Position numbers and translations under genes: made by a program. DNA of 63,899 bases, filler included, from Intoshia linei (Eukaryota > Animalia > Orthonectida): assembly GCA_001642005.1 (NCBI GenBank). It is 6 parts of 6 records of this genome, joined end to end, with 100 filler letters (N's around TTAATTAATTAA, not from the genome) between each part and the next. Parts side by side here need not be neighbours in the genome. Positions count along the whole stretch, not along the records: positions 1 to 19,268 come from LWCA01000739.1; 5 more parts are not named here. The stretch is one strand, 5' to 3'. The notes beneath the pieces are model-generated. The model saw nothing but the letters and a program-made list of their open reading frames with translations, ran no database searches and was not told where the DNA came from. Each line of letters opens with the position of its first letter. The stretch's first letter is position 1. This document shows positions 1 to 12,162 of the stretch, one piece after another.

Positions 1-978
1 TTTTCACCGGGAATGCGTAGATTTCTCGGGTTGAACTTTTGTATTTATATCAACGGGAATAAGCTCTATCAGAATAATTTTTTAGTTTTAATTGTCGGAC
101 AGTTAATTATTTCATATTTTTTGTTTTAATAAAATATTTCGAAAAAAGGAATTTTTTATTTTGGTTTTTGGAAGATTAATAAGATTTGGTAAGATCGTGT
201 TTTCAAAAAAATATTTGAAAAAAAGAATTTTTATTATGATTTTTGGCTGTTTTTGCTCATAACATTTGATAAAATTGTGTTTTTCAAGAAAAAATTTGAA
301 AAAGGGGATTTTTTATTTTGTTTTTTGGAAATTGTCTCACATAAGATTTGGTAAGATCGTGTTTTTCAACAAAATATTTAAATTGTTAATTATTATTAAT
401 ATTTAAACAAGAAAATTCTAAGACGGGTAGTTATTTAAATAAAGTGGAACACATACACTCACACACAAACAAAAATCGTGTAGCATATATATAAATACTA
501 AAATGCTCTTTTGATCGTTAAGTCGTCACTTATTCGGATTGAAATTTTCTGTGTGGGTTAACAGGATAGAACTGTACCACCTGTAACTTTTTGAAATTCT
601 AGGGCTGTTTTCATTAAAAAAATAAGGGTAATTTGGGGTTTTGACCCTGAAGATATAATTTTTTTAAATTTACATGTACGATAATGTTTGTGATTTTAAA
701 ATGCGTATTAGCGTATATTTTTTTAATTCTCCTACTTGTTTGATTTTCAAAAAAAGGACAATTGAGGTTTTTGTTTGGGAGTACTTTTTGTTTTGTTTCG
801 TATTCGTAAGATGTGAGTTTGGGAGGTAGAAATTATTTTTGCGAACATTCCAGGAAAAAACTGTAATTGAAATGTAAACTTTATAAAATTATAAGACGGG
901 TAGTTATTTAAATAAAGCTGAACACACACACACGAACAAAAATCGCGTAGCATATTATACATATATGTAAGCTAAGAT
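1..978 (-). repeat. Composite interspersed repeat: Helitron-like family pieces plus a degenerate ~80-bp minisatellite (~135-375)
   Basis: 1-150 matches the reverse complement of ~31965-32114. ~700-960 matches ~55660-55890. Confidence 0.75.
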
Positions 979-1134
979 GTAATTAATAATAAAATGGCGT
1001 TTTGTAAGGGTGAATGTGCCAGTTAACATAGACTACGTATCTCTTACCTAATAAATAATAATAACGGTGCTACAATAAATTATCATAATTACAAAAAATT
1101 ACTACTTTTCTTACGTATTATAATATTTTGACAG

Positions 1135-1944
1135 GTACCTCAAATTATGCAAACGGACAATCAAAATTATTCATGAATAATGGTATGATTATGAATTAAA
1201 TATTAATTTTAATAATAAAAAAAATTAATTATTATTAATTAATGTTCATATTAAACAGCATTTTTTTCAATATTATAATGTTTTAGCTGTCACTATGGCG
1301 ACAATAGGAATATTCAGTATTCTTATTATTGGATTGCTTATATTAACAATTGCATTTATTGTATATACTCGGTAATACATTTCATAATATATTGATACTT
1401 CTGAAAAACTAAATAATGACGTTGATGATAAACATATATCAGAATTTGTTATTTTTAAAATTAAAACTCAGAGAATATGCATTTTTATATAACCGAACAC
1501 ATTTAATTTCGTATAAATAAAAAATAAAAACTAAAAGTAAAAGAAAAATTGTTAAAAATATTTAAATATGATTAATATTCAATTTGTATATTTATTGAAT
1601 TATTAGTTATACTAAAAAAACGTTTTTCCAACCAAAAAAAACAGAAAAAGCTATCAAAAAAAATAGTTTGGATTACATCTACAACTGCCAAATCCTACTT
1701 AATAAAGCAGCTCCGTTTAATTCAAAGGGTAATAAAATTAAAATGTTTAAAATAAAATGTGAAATTATTATTATTAACTTGCAATATAGGTAGCAAAAAG
1801 AAAACTTCACATGAAAATAAAACAATGAATATAAAACAAAATCTTTTATGTGGAATAGCTAAACCGATCTTTAATTCTGAAAACTGCCATAATTTATCTA
1901 ATAAAATTTCACTCGTCAAACCATGTTGTATATACCAGCGTTAA
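1135..1944 (+). CDS. 3' part (about 4 exons; 5' end upstream of window or unresolved) of a single-pass membrane protein, unknown family
   Basis: GT-AG exons at ~1135-1181, ~1287-1371, ~1607-1728 and ~1790-1944 join in frame: ...KLFMNN-AVTMATIGIFSILIIGLLILTIAFIVYTR-YTKKTFF...-GSKKKTS...CCIYQR*. A hydrophobic TM is followed by a basic stop-transfer segment. Confidence 0.6.
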
Positions 1945-2033
1945 TATTGTACATTTTATTAAAATTGTGATAAAATCATGTTTTGAAGTCCACTACAATA
2001 ATGTAATAATAATTTGTATTTTTAAAATTTTTT

Positions 2034-4496
2034 TTACAAATACTTCATAATGTCATCAATTTCTCGACTAAAATTATTTGCATTCATGTTTCCAGATTGA
2101 TCATTTTCGAATAATTCTATATTGGCAGGATTGGTTGAACTTGTATGAGATTTTATAAGATTTTTTTCTTTTTTAGACTTAATCAAACCACCGTGACGTA
2201 TTGGTGTGCTAGATACAGAGTGATTATCCTGCCTACGAGGATTGTTGGTATAAATTTTATTAATGTTGAAATTTTTATCTAAATAATGGATCAAAAAAAT
2301 ATATAATCATATACCGAAAGAATTTCGTTTGATTAAATTTTGAATGTCCTTGTCAAACTCATTTCGCTGGATATCAATAAGACTCCATTTTTCTAGTAAT
2401 CTATGAACATCTGGGGTAACATTTTCATCATAATTCATCAAATTGAAAGAATTATATTGACTATTCAGAGAACTTTTGTGATTATTTGAGAGAGTGGACA
2501 GCAAAGATTCTTCTTTTATAGAATAATTTTTAGATTGATTTAAAAATGAAGACGCCTTTGAATCTTTTGAATTTGAATGTTCGTTTTCCGGTACCGTGGG
2601 AAGAGTAGAGTTTTGTTTGGTTAACCCAATGGGAGTATAAAATGAATTTTTAAAAGTTTGTTTCTTTTGGATTGTGTAGCATCGTTTTTTACAAAATAAA
2701 ATGAGACATATAAACCCACCAAATGTAACTACACTGAGGACAGCATAAATGGTGGGCATAACAGATGTATTTTTAGATATATTATTTTTAATAATTATTT
2801 CTTGTTTCTCGATAACGACAAACTCATTTTCAAAAATGTTACTTTTTATTATCTGTATTAAACCCGTATTATTATCCACATTATTAAAAAAATTAATTTC
2901 CGTTTTGTTGAAATTATCAAATTTATCATTCAAAATATTATTCAGCATGATTAGATTCATTTGAAAATTAAAATTTCTATTAAACATGTAAAAAATTGGA
3001 GGACTAGACCCTTTTGAATTTATAGCAGCTATACGTAAAATGTATACTAAATTTGGACTTAAATGTCGTATTACAATGTAACTTTTCAAAAGGTTTAATT
3101 GATCGGCCCATTTTATAGATTTGGAAAAATTTGATAGTTTATATACTTTTCCAAAATTTACATTGTAACCATCAAAGTTTCCATTGAAATTGGTGGGTAA
3201 TTCCCATTTTACTTCTACGTTGTACATTTCGATATTTTTTTTCAAAATTGAGTCATTATCAAATGTGTGGATAGAAATATTATGTGGTGGTGAACTGGGT
3301 TTTAATTCAAATGTCATAACAAATATCGAGAGACTAGGACTAGAATACTGTTCTTTTCTTATCACAGTTTTGACGTTTTCTATTGTTTCATATTTTGGGT
3401 AATTGACTAGCGTGCGCATAAAAATTTCATATTTTGTAAAAGGCTTCAAATCAGAAATAATATCGTCCGTTCTAGTCACATTGACACTACGTTTCAAATG
3501 ATAATCAGAATCAACATCCTTAAAGTTTATTTCATAAAGATAGTATTGATCGTAAAGATGATCTAAATCAAGATTGATATCCACAATCAAATTCCATTTT
3601 ACTAAAACGGACGTAGCAGACAAAACTAATCCTTTAACCCCTCTAGGTGGTTCCAGTGCATATATTTTAGATTTATAATTTTCAGACTTTAATGTTATAC
3701 GCTGTATATTGATTGTACGGAACTTTTGATTATTTTCACTTTTGAGTAGATCAAGAATTGTCATATTCATATAATACTGACCAAATGGAATGTTAGAAAA
3801 TATTTCCACGTTATTTAGATGGATTTTTTTGTAACTCAAAATTTTTAAATTGACAATTTTTCTTTCATTGTTCAGAATTTTAAATTGCAAGTTTTTATCC
3901 GCATACATTTTTTTTACATCTGTGCAGGTATTTTCCTCCAATTTAACATTAATATTTACATTAATCGCACTATATATTGGGTTTAAACAGCTAAGTTTTA
4001 ATGGTTTCAAAGTATGGAAAGGTGTAGTGTCAATATCAACAAAGTGACTTTTATATTTTTTTCCGTTTCTGTAGAAAGGGGTGATTATAATTGTGTTTAC
4101 GGTTCCAGGTAAATCAAAAAGAGTAATATTGTTTCCGGTTACGTTTTTTATATTAATAAATGACTCTTTGTTGATCCAATTTACTTGATACCATTCAGCT
4201 TCAAATGGATAGCTTTTCCAAAGTAAATTGACAGTTTTGTTGTTTGAAAATATTTGTACATATGGCTTTAATACAAATTTAGTTGCTCTCAATGTATCTA
4301 AATTATAATTAATTAGTAAAATTATATATGTTAATTAAAGTTAATTGATATTTAAATAAAAATAGCGTAATTTGGAACAAGCATTATGCAAGTTTAAAAA
4401 TTACTATCCACTTAAAAAGTCAACTTTAAATTGCATAAAAAATTTTATTTTACCTATTTGGACAATTAAGATAATCAATGCAAGTTGAAACTTCAT
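2034..4496 (-). CDS. DCC/neogenin/Frazzled-like type I receptor with FN3 repeats only (3 exons, ~756 aa)
   Basis: Exons 4496-4454 (MKFQLALIILIVQI, signal peptide), 4297-2315 and 2278-2034; both introns are GT-AG and phase-consistent, the second 36 nt. Motifs PPRGVKGLVLSATSVLVKW, DLKPFTKYEI, TFELKPSSPPHNI, WELPTNFNG and RIAAINSKG resemble DCC FN5-FN6. TM is IYAVLSVVTFGGFICLILF. C-terminal REIDDIMKYL resembles the P3 motif. Confidence 0.75.
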
Positions 4497-4909
4497 GAAT
4501 TTGGAATTTTGATATTAATTGATAAATAAGTATAGTATCAGCATTTGAGAACATTCACTCGAGTTGTGTAATAAAACAGTTATGTTTATTGATAATGCTA
4601 GCATTCATAATATATCGAATGTGGCGTCCAACTGGTGATACAACCATGTCGACAGTGTCATTTCCACAATAATGTACGATTGCTTTGATGAATGTAATTT
4701 TAATAAAAGCCAATTCATGAGACTTGACTACATTTCATTTAACATGTAAATTTCAAAAATTAAAACAAATAGAGTGTCTATAATAAAAATGTTCATAGAT
4801 TCAATTCGTGACAACGACCCTATTTTCCATTATTAACAAAATAGTAATCTAGGACAGTGAATAATTAAAAAATTAAATGTTAAGTATACATTAATGAAAT
4901 TTTTATATA

Positions 4910-7900
4910 ATGCAAATTGGTAGAGACTCAAATATAAATCTTACTCCCATCCAAGAAGAAGAAGAATTTTGTTACATTTGTCATTCGGAATTTACTCTTT
5001 TATTTAACAGACCCAAGACTTGCATAAACTGCAAGAAAAAGTTTTGCAAAAATTGTGATTGTAATTTAACTGATGACGAAAAAGATTGTGTGGTTACTAA
5101 ACTCAAAGAAAAGGAAAATAACACAATTATGGATAGAGTTGTTTCGTTTGTTATGGAAGATAATGTATGTAAAAAATGCAGTGCCACGTAAATATTTTAT
5201 TTGTTTAAATTTAAAATATATTAGATTCAAATTGGACGCATCAAATGGTTAATATTAATTTAAATTTTTATATACAAGTGTGTCACCGTCTGTAATTTCC
5301 AGTTTCAGGGTAATTGAAGTTTTAAAAATTTTTCAAATTTCATCATTTCAAAATCCGATTTACCGAACCGTTAGAAAAAAATTAATTCGGAGTAATAATC
5401 TACATTTACAGAATACGAGGTATATTACCTCAGGTAATCAGTGGTGTTAAGCTATTAATTTGGATCGTATTCTCAAATTGCTTGATATTAAAAAATAACT
5501 GAAATTGTAAACGGACGGTAACATATACAATTACATGATGATAATAAATAAAAATTGGAATGTATCCCAAAACGGTTGGTAGCATGGATTTACAAAAAGG
5601 ATTGCCAAATGTGTGGCGTTAGATATTTAAAAAAAATTTTGATAAACAGATGTTTTCAATGTAAATTGTATATACAATGTAACTTTTTTTATTCCTGCCC
5701 TGATATATTATGTATATTATCTGTACTGTATATTCATTTAAAAACTACTAATTTAAATTTAACAATTAAAACTGTTTCAAGTAGATACATAGCCGTCTTA
5801 AGCTACGTTGTGGCCCTGGGCTAAGCAAAGGGCCGGGCTTTTTAAAATTTCGAGAAAGCGATAAAAAAAATTAGGTTCCTTGTTTAGAAGACAGGGCATA
5901 TTGTTGGTTGGAGACTTAAAGTCTTATTTCATTGAGTATTAATAAAAGCATTATATTTTAAATTGAATAATTACCAGAACTTTGATTCTTTAAACTATTT
6001 TCTTTCTAGCTATTTGAATTCCCACACTTCAAAACTTATAAACTGGTTCTTAAGATATTTTTTATTTTAATTTTATAAGAAATGTGAAGTATTTTTTAAT
6101 AAATTGGGGGCCTTTTTTTAAGGTATAAATGTAAAGTACTTTTATTAATTTGGGGACATTTTTTAATGAAGGGTCCTGGGCTACAGCCCACATTGCCCAT
6201 GCCTTAAAACGGCTCTGAGTAGATATGGATTTGATCCATCTTTTCATAAAATTTATTTTAATTTATGTATTTCAAATCATACTGATAATAGTGTACAAAC
6301 AATGACCAATGAAGAAATTATTTTTTAAAGTTTCAACAAATTTTTTCAGAATAAGATGTTGTAACCAAGCTAATAATCGCACCATAAATTTTAAAATTAA
6401 TTGATTATATTATTTACATTCTATATTATCCAAATATACATAATTTTCATTTACAACTAAACACTTTACTTTGCTGCTCAATTCCCAATGACTACATGTG
6501 TAGTAATTCTCCGTTTACCCAATTCTAATTTTTTTACACCTAAAATTTAGCATCATTCACAAATTTATAAACTCATCGGATAAGTCATTAGATCAATTAT
6601 AAAGAGGGTTGGGCAGTAATAGGTGAAAAAAGATTAAAAAATAAAATATCAATTTAATTTTACGGGTTATAATAATGAGATTTTAAGAACATTTAATGGG
6701 AAATTACAAATCTGCTGTAAAAAAAGTTAAGGAACCTTTATTAAAATTATATTCCATATAAAATTTTTCCTGGACCCATGACACAATCATCCCAAAATTA
6801 AACATATTTGAAAATCCCTATTGAACATGTGTTTAGTTTATACATTTATAATTTAATTATTTAGAAAAAAGAAAAGAAAAAAGTTTAGGTGAAAATAAAA
6901 TGATGAAAAGCAGTAATTTTTTATATTAAAATGACTAAATTTTCTCAATTGTTTAGTTTCAAAAAGTATCACCTCTCTATTTACCAAATCTCCTGAAGGA
7001 AACGAACATTATAGTAAAAGTACATTTGGAAACAGTATAATATCAAAATACCTGTTCAGTAATGACAATAATATCCATAAATTATAATATAATATTAGAT
7101 AAACCCAGGGAAACAATACGAAGTAAATTAAATTGTATCACTTTACATGTAAATTTAAGGTGAAAATATTCTATCGCTTTCAAAAAATAGTTTAACTGGT
7201 ACTAAATCAGAGAAATCAGAGGAGAATTGTAATTTTTAACTTAATTATTATTATAATTAAAATTAAAAATGTTATCTTTTTAGCTTCTTTCCAGGAAAAA
7301 TTAGCCGAGTTTAAACAGACATCTGAATCTACATCATCTACGTCAAATATTCAAAAAGTTATACCAAACATTCAAAATGAAAAAATTAACAAAAATTCAC
7401 TAAAGTGCAGTACTCGTGAAACAGAAAAAACTGAGAGCGATCCCAAAAATTTTTTTAATAGTAGAATATCAAATTTGAACTGTAGCATTCCGACGTGTGA
7501 TAAATCAGTTAAATCTAATCTTGTTTTAAATACAAAAAAAACCAATTCAGTACGCAAAAAAGTGATTTCTCTAATGAATCTTAGTTCAAGAAATAAATTT
7601 AAACATTTAGGTTAGCTATATAGTTTGATAAAAAATTATTTTTGATTTAAGGAGAAATAGCTACATCGGTATCTGTAAATTTTTGTTTTAATTACAATCT
7701 AAAATCTTCATGTTTGTCTCTGAAAGTATCTAAATTAAAAATACAACCGGCTGTATCCTCTATTAAACACATGTATTAATCTTTTAATATGAAATCAATT
7801 TTTTAAGATACTATCAAATGAAGATGATACCACCCATCGGTAAATCAAGCCAATTCACGACTAAATCTAAACTAATTAAATTACAAGTGGAAGATAATGA

Positions 7901-8610
7901 CGATCAGAAACAAATTTCAAACGAAGAAATAAAAATGACGGTATAATTTTTTATTTAGTATGATTAATGTTTAGTTTTTGGTTTCTTCTCTTCAGTACGA
8001 CATTATTAGTATTCTGTTTTCAATATACACCAAATCTACCGATAGACTACGACACCCGTCAGACAAAAAAGTCGCGGAGAAACTATTACCCCTACATGAA
8101 TATAAAAACAGAATGAATGAAATTGAATCACAGTATATGGATCAACATGTATATCGATACTTTCTATTTAATCCCAAATTTAGTTGAATGTAATGGATAT
8201 GCACAAGTTTAGTGGAAACTTATCCTATTACGGTGAAATTGATTGTGAAATACATGCAAAACTTACTAGTGATTTTGATTCTATTCAATTCAACATGTCC
8301 TTTATTGCTGTCAGATATATTTACTCTACATCATCATCCACAATTTATATTAAATTGTACATTAATAAATTACGTATTCACTATTATATTTAGACATGAA
8401 TTTTTTGGAGATGTATCAAAAAAACTTGTCAATACTCAAAAATCAGACATGTATAAATTAAAAAAAATTAATGATGCCAGGATAACTTTTATTACAACAC
8501 CAATATTGTTAAAAAAAGTTGATACAGTTTGCTACAAAATTGAAATTTTTGAAAAAAAATCAATCAGTCACAAATGTATTGGTGTGACTTATATAGGAAA
8601 ATGTAATTGA
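4910..8610 (+). CDS. Multi-exon protein with N-terminal FYVE-related 8-Cys zinc finger and C-terminal C2-like domain (rabphilin/synaptotagmin-like family?)
   Basis: Exon 1 has CYIC..CINC..CKNC..CKKC with an F-x2-L-x-N spacer. A donor at ~5188 leads to short exons (~5226, ~6865, ~7285, ~7650). Region 8184-8610 reads YGEIDCEI...YIKLY...KIEIFEKKSISHKCIGVTYIG, a C2-like pattern. Middle exon boundaries and the exact stop are approximate. Confidence 0.5.
5788..6217. mobile_element. Non-autonomous hAT element (MITE) in an intron
   Basis: TIRs CATAGCCGTCTTAAG / CTTAAAACGGCTCTG and a perfect 8-bp TSD AGTAGATA (5780-5787 and 6218-6225). The same end recurs at 48088 attached to hAT transposase sequence. 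Confidence 0.9.
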
Positions 8611-9862
8611 TTCATATAAATGATTTTTTAATTAATTAGAGAATTAGTGTATAATCTTAAAAATAAAGTAAAAACAGTATAACCTCTAAATCATCATAAA
8701 TAACTAATTTTCAAAAAAAAAATTGTAAATGCCTGTAGTATTTTTTTTTATCATAATGGGATGGAATATATTAAGTATCTGCTTTCGATAAGTAAAAATT
8801 TTTTGTATCAATAAATAAATGAGTCAGTAGATTTAAAACCATACCAAACCAATTTTAAGACAATAACTTATTTTAAAATGTTTGTTTCAATAAAAAAAAT
8901 GTATACCAACGTTATTTTGACCGTGAAGGTGTCTTTTTTTAAATTCTAGGATTTTTCATTATTTAAAAAATAGTTATTTGTGATTTTGATATTGAAAATA
9001 AATTTTTTTAGATTACGATTTATGATAATGCTTGTTATTTTAAAAAATATAATAGAATTTATGTTTTAAAATTTTAAGACTTTTTTATTTTTAGTGTTAG
9101 GGTGATTTTGGATTTTGACCCTGAAGATATACATTTTTGAAATTCAAATATATCATAATGATCATGATTTTTTAATTTGTATTAGAGTTTACATTTTTTT
9201 AATTCTGGGACAATTACTTGTAACTTTTGATTTTTAAAAAAAGGATAATTTGGGTTTTTGACAAAGAAATGTAAGTTTCCAAGATTTAAGTTTATCTTAC
9301 TTTCTCCACCGGAAAAAATTGACTTAAAATTTGGGTCTTTTAAAATTCTAGAACTTAGTTATGGAAATAAACGGTAACACAGAGGCATTTTATTTTATAT
9401 TGTATGTAAGAATTATAAAAAAATATCTAAAATTAATTAATTTTAACTTTACAGATGACAATCCGTTTGATCCAGAATTTCTGTACATATATGGAGAAAA
9501 TTTTCTATACAAATGCCTACAAAATACCTCCCACCCAACTACACAAACTTTACACTTTTTACATAAATAATTTTTATTTTTGTATATAAAATTAAAATAA
9601 CTCCTATTTATGATCTATTCTTTATACTTAATATTAAAATAGTAAAAATTAAAATGTGTGTGCTTCTCCTTGGTCGATTTAAATGCATTTATGGACAAAA
9701 CATCAGGACTGGATTTATGAAATCAGTAAAATAGAAAATTGCAACATCTACATTTTAGATTTTAAAGTTAGTACTTAACAAAAAGGCAGTTTTTGGTGTT
9801 TCCCATCGGACTTTGCATAACTGAACATAACCAATTATTAGGGGCTAAACTCATATAATATA

Positions 9863-11000
9863 CTAGGTTCACTGTTATGTACTTGGTACAAACAGCACGT
9901 ATTATAATAGCTCTGCAGAGGGTACATTTTTATTCTACCAAAAAAATAAATTCACGTTCAAAATCTCACTTGAAAATCCTACTATTCACTATTATCAATC
10001 CTTTAAAAAAGTGGTTCCCAAACTTGTTTCAGGTGGATCTGTCATATCACATTACTTTTTACTTTAAAGTGAATTATTCCATGTTTATTTTTTTTTTAAT
10101 TTTACCAATATTGCAAAGAATTGTAATAAATTTAAAAATTAAGTTTTAAATTAATATTACGACGTAAGTTTTAAATCACGTTAAATTTTAAAATAATTCT
10201 AAATCGCAATTTTCTAACGTCAAAAAAACTTAGAAAGTTTATTAAGGCAGATGGATAATGTATTTATTTTTATTATCTTTAGTTATATAAAATGCTTTGT
10301 CTGTTTGTCATTGTTTATTTCAATAACTAAGAGTCTTAGAATTTTATTAAGTCCACATTTTTATTACAATTTTTTCCAGGTGAAAGTAAGATAAATTTCA
10401 ACCTCATAAATTCACATATTATATATCAAAAAAAATATATAACTTTGATACAGATTTTAAAATCTTAATAACGTAAAATTCTAAATTACTACAATTTTAT
10501 AAATTCTAGTGACTAATAATCATACGTAGTAAGTATATTAAAGTGTTGCTACTTAATCTGCGTAAGTAAATTAGGGGTGTAAGTACTGATGGGTATGTTT
10601 TTTAATTTCTAAAAAAATAATATTTGATGTGACACTCTAATCTACATTGTATTCTAATATATATTTAAACAAACAAATATTTTAATTACTGATTCGAACG
10701 ATATGTCAATATAATGTTGATTATTAACTAATATGTAAAATTTTGTCACATTCAATATCAAATTACGAAAAACTTAATTAATTTTAAAATTTAATATTTT
10801 AATACATACGATATAATATTTATATTATTAAACTAGATTTAGTGTCGTTACTGGGTTACTTCGTACAAAGATGACCTAGCTCTGCGGAGGGCGACTTTTT
10901 TAATTCTACCCAAACAATAAATTCAATAATTAAATTATACTTAAGAATGCTAATATTCTCTATTATCAATTCTTTAAAGGAGTGGTTACCAATTTGTATC
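9863..11000. mobile_element. Cluster of non-autonomous Helitron-like fragments (two minus-strand 3' ends at 9863 and 10833, one plus-strand 5' end at ~10275)
   Basis: Shares the hairpin + CTAG terminus and the TC...TATATAAAATGC start with the full copy at 46262-46772. Confidence 0.7.
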
Positions 11001-11130
11001 ACCAAGGACCGTTAATTTCGCATTACCCTATATAATGCCCTTACATTAACGTTTAAAAATTAAATTATGATTTAAGATTTATTAACTACATATTCTATAC
11101 TAAATATATAAATATATTATTGTATTGATA

Positions 11131-12162
11131 CTAATATTGCCGGCTGGATGTGTTGAGAGGATTCATGATATTATAAGCTGGACTTGATACTAAATCGTCT
11201 GTTCCGGTGTTTTTAATAAGTTGTGCAGATTTTGATTGCAGTTTGTATTTTTTAAAGGTATACACAATAATGGCTACCAAAAGAATCAATAGAAATATAA
11301 CAATATTAATAATTAAAATAATAATGGGACTTGTAATCAATATACTGGGTTGTGAATATGCAGTAAATGCCAAAGATTTTTCCTTAAATCTCATAATATC
11401 GTCTTTAAAGAAACTTGGGGGAACAAATGACTTCATAAATCTATTATAAAAACTTGGATAAAGGATTAATTTTAATATAAAACCAAAGTGTGCTCCAATT
11501 ATGAAAATTTCAACAATATTTATCAGATATGTTACTGTAATATTTTCAAATTTGTTTATAAAGTGCACAAGGGTAATTAGTGTCAATATAAATATTTCAA
11601 TAGAAGCGCAACTATTAATTAAAATTAGACTAGAAATACTTAGTAAAATTATAATTTTTTGGTTGAAGAAATTTTTAACAGTATCTATTGTATACCAAGT
11701 TAATATTTTCCTCACAATCTGAATATCCGTAGTCTTTTTAACTAAGCTTACCAATATCATAAATATACTTTTTAATTTTCTATAATGAGCAATATCATTT
11801 TTTGAAGACAAATGAATATCAAAATCATATTGTTTCAAACGAAATTGTGGATATAATAAACTGCTTTGTAATAGTAATGTAATTATTACGCTTATCACAT
11901 ACGCTTCGTAAGTTAGTGCATAAAAATAATATAATGTAGGTGCTATTATGACCGTAAGTACGAACACAATAAATAGTTGAACATAACAGTCAACAAGCAT
12001 ATTCAATGTTACTAGTTTTCGTGTATCATGTACTAGGTATTGGTTTTTATACATCATGAACTGTTTTTGATACCACATATAGTCGAGAGATGTAAAAGAG
12101 TCTGTACTGTTGTACCCATCGACAATCGATAAAATAAGGATTAAAGATATTATTTTTAGCAT
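11131..12162 (-). CDS. Orphan intronless signal-peptide, multi-pass membrane protein (343 aa)
   Basis: 1032-nt ORF in very AT-rich DNA. N-terminal MLKIISLILILSIVDG, about 6-8 hydrophobic segments and a basic cytoplasmic tail. No family recognised. Confidence 0.7.
   Translation of the reverse strand: MLKIISLILILSIVDGYNSTDSFTSLDYMWYQKQFMMYKNQYLVHDTRKLVTLNMLVDCYVQLFIVFVLTVIIAPTLYYFYALTYEAYVISVIITLLLQSSLLYPQFRLKQYDFDIHLSSKNDIAHYRKLKSIFMILVSLVKKTTDIQIVRKILTWYTIDTVKNFFNQKIIILLSISSLILINSCASIEIFILTLITLVHFINKFENITVTYLINIVEIFIIGAHFGFILKLILYPSFYNRFMKSFVPPSFFKDDIMRFKEKSLAFTAYSQPSILITSPIIILIINIVIFLLILLVAIIVYTFKKYKLQSKSAQLIKNTGTDDLVSSPAYNIMNPLNTSSRQY

Noticed and set aside
135-375. Repeat array as CRISPR
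   Set aside because: Degenerate whole-unit repeats without unique spacers, in a eukaryotic context with no cas genes.
2749-4047. Antisense ORFs over long exons (also 11207-11722, 27831, 51235, 56577)
   Set aside because: Shadow ORFs of real opposite-strand coding sequence.
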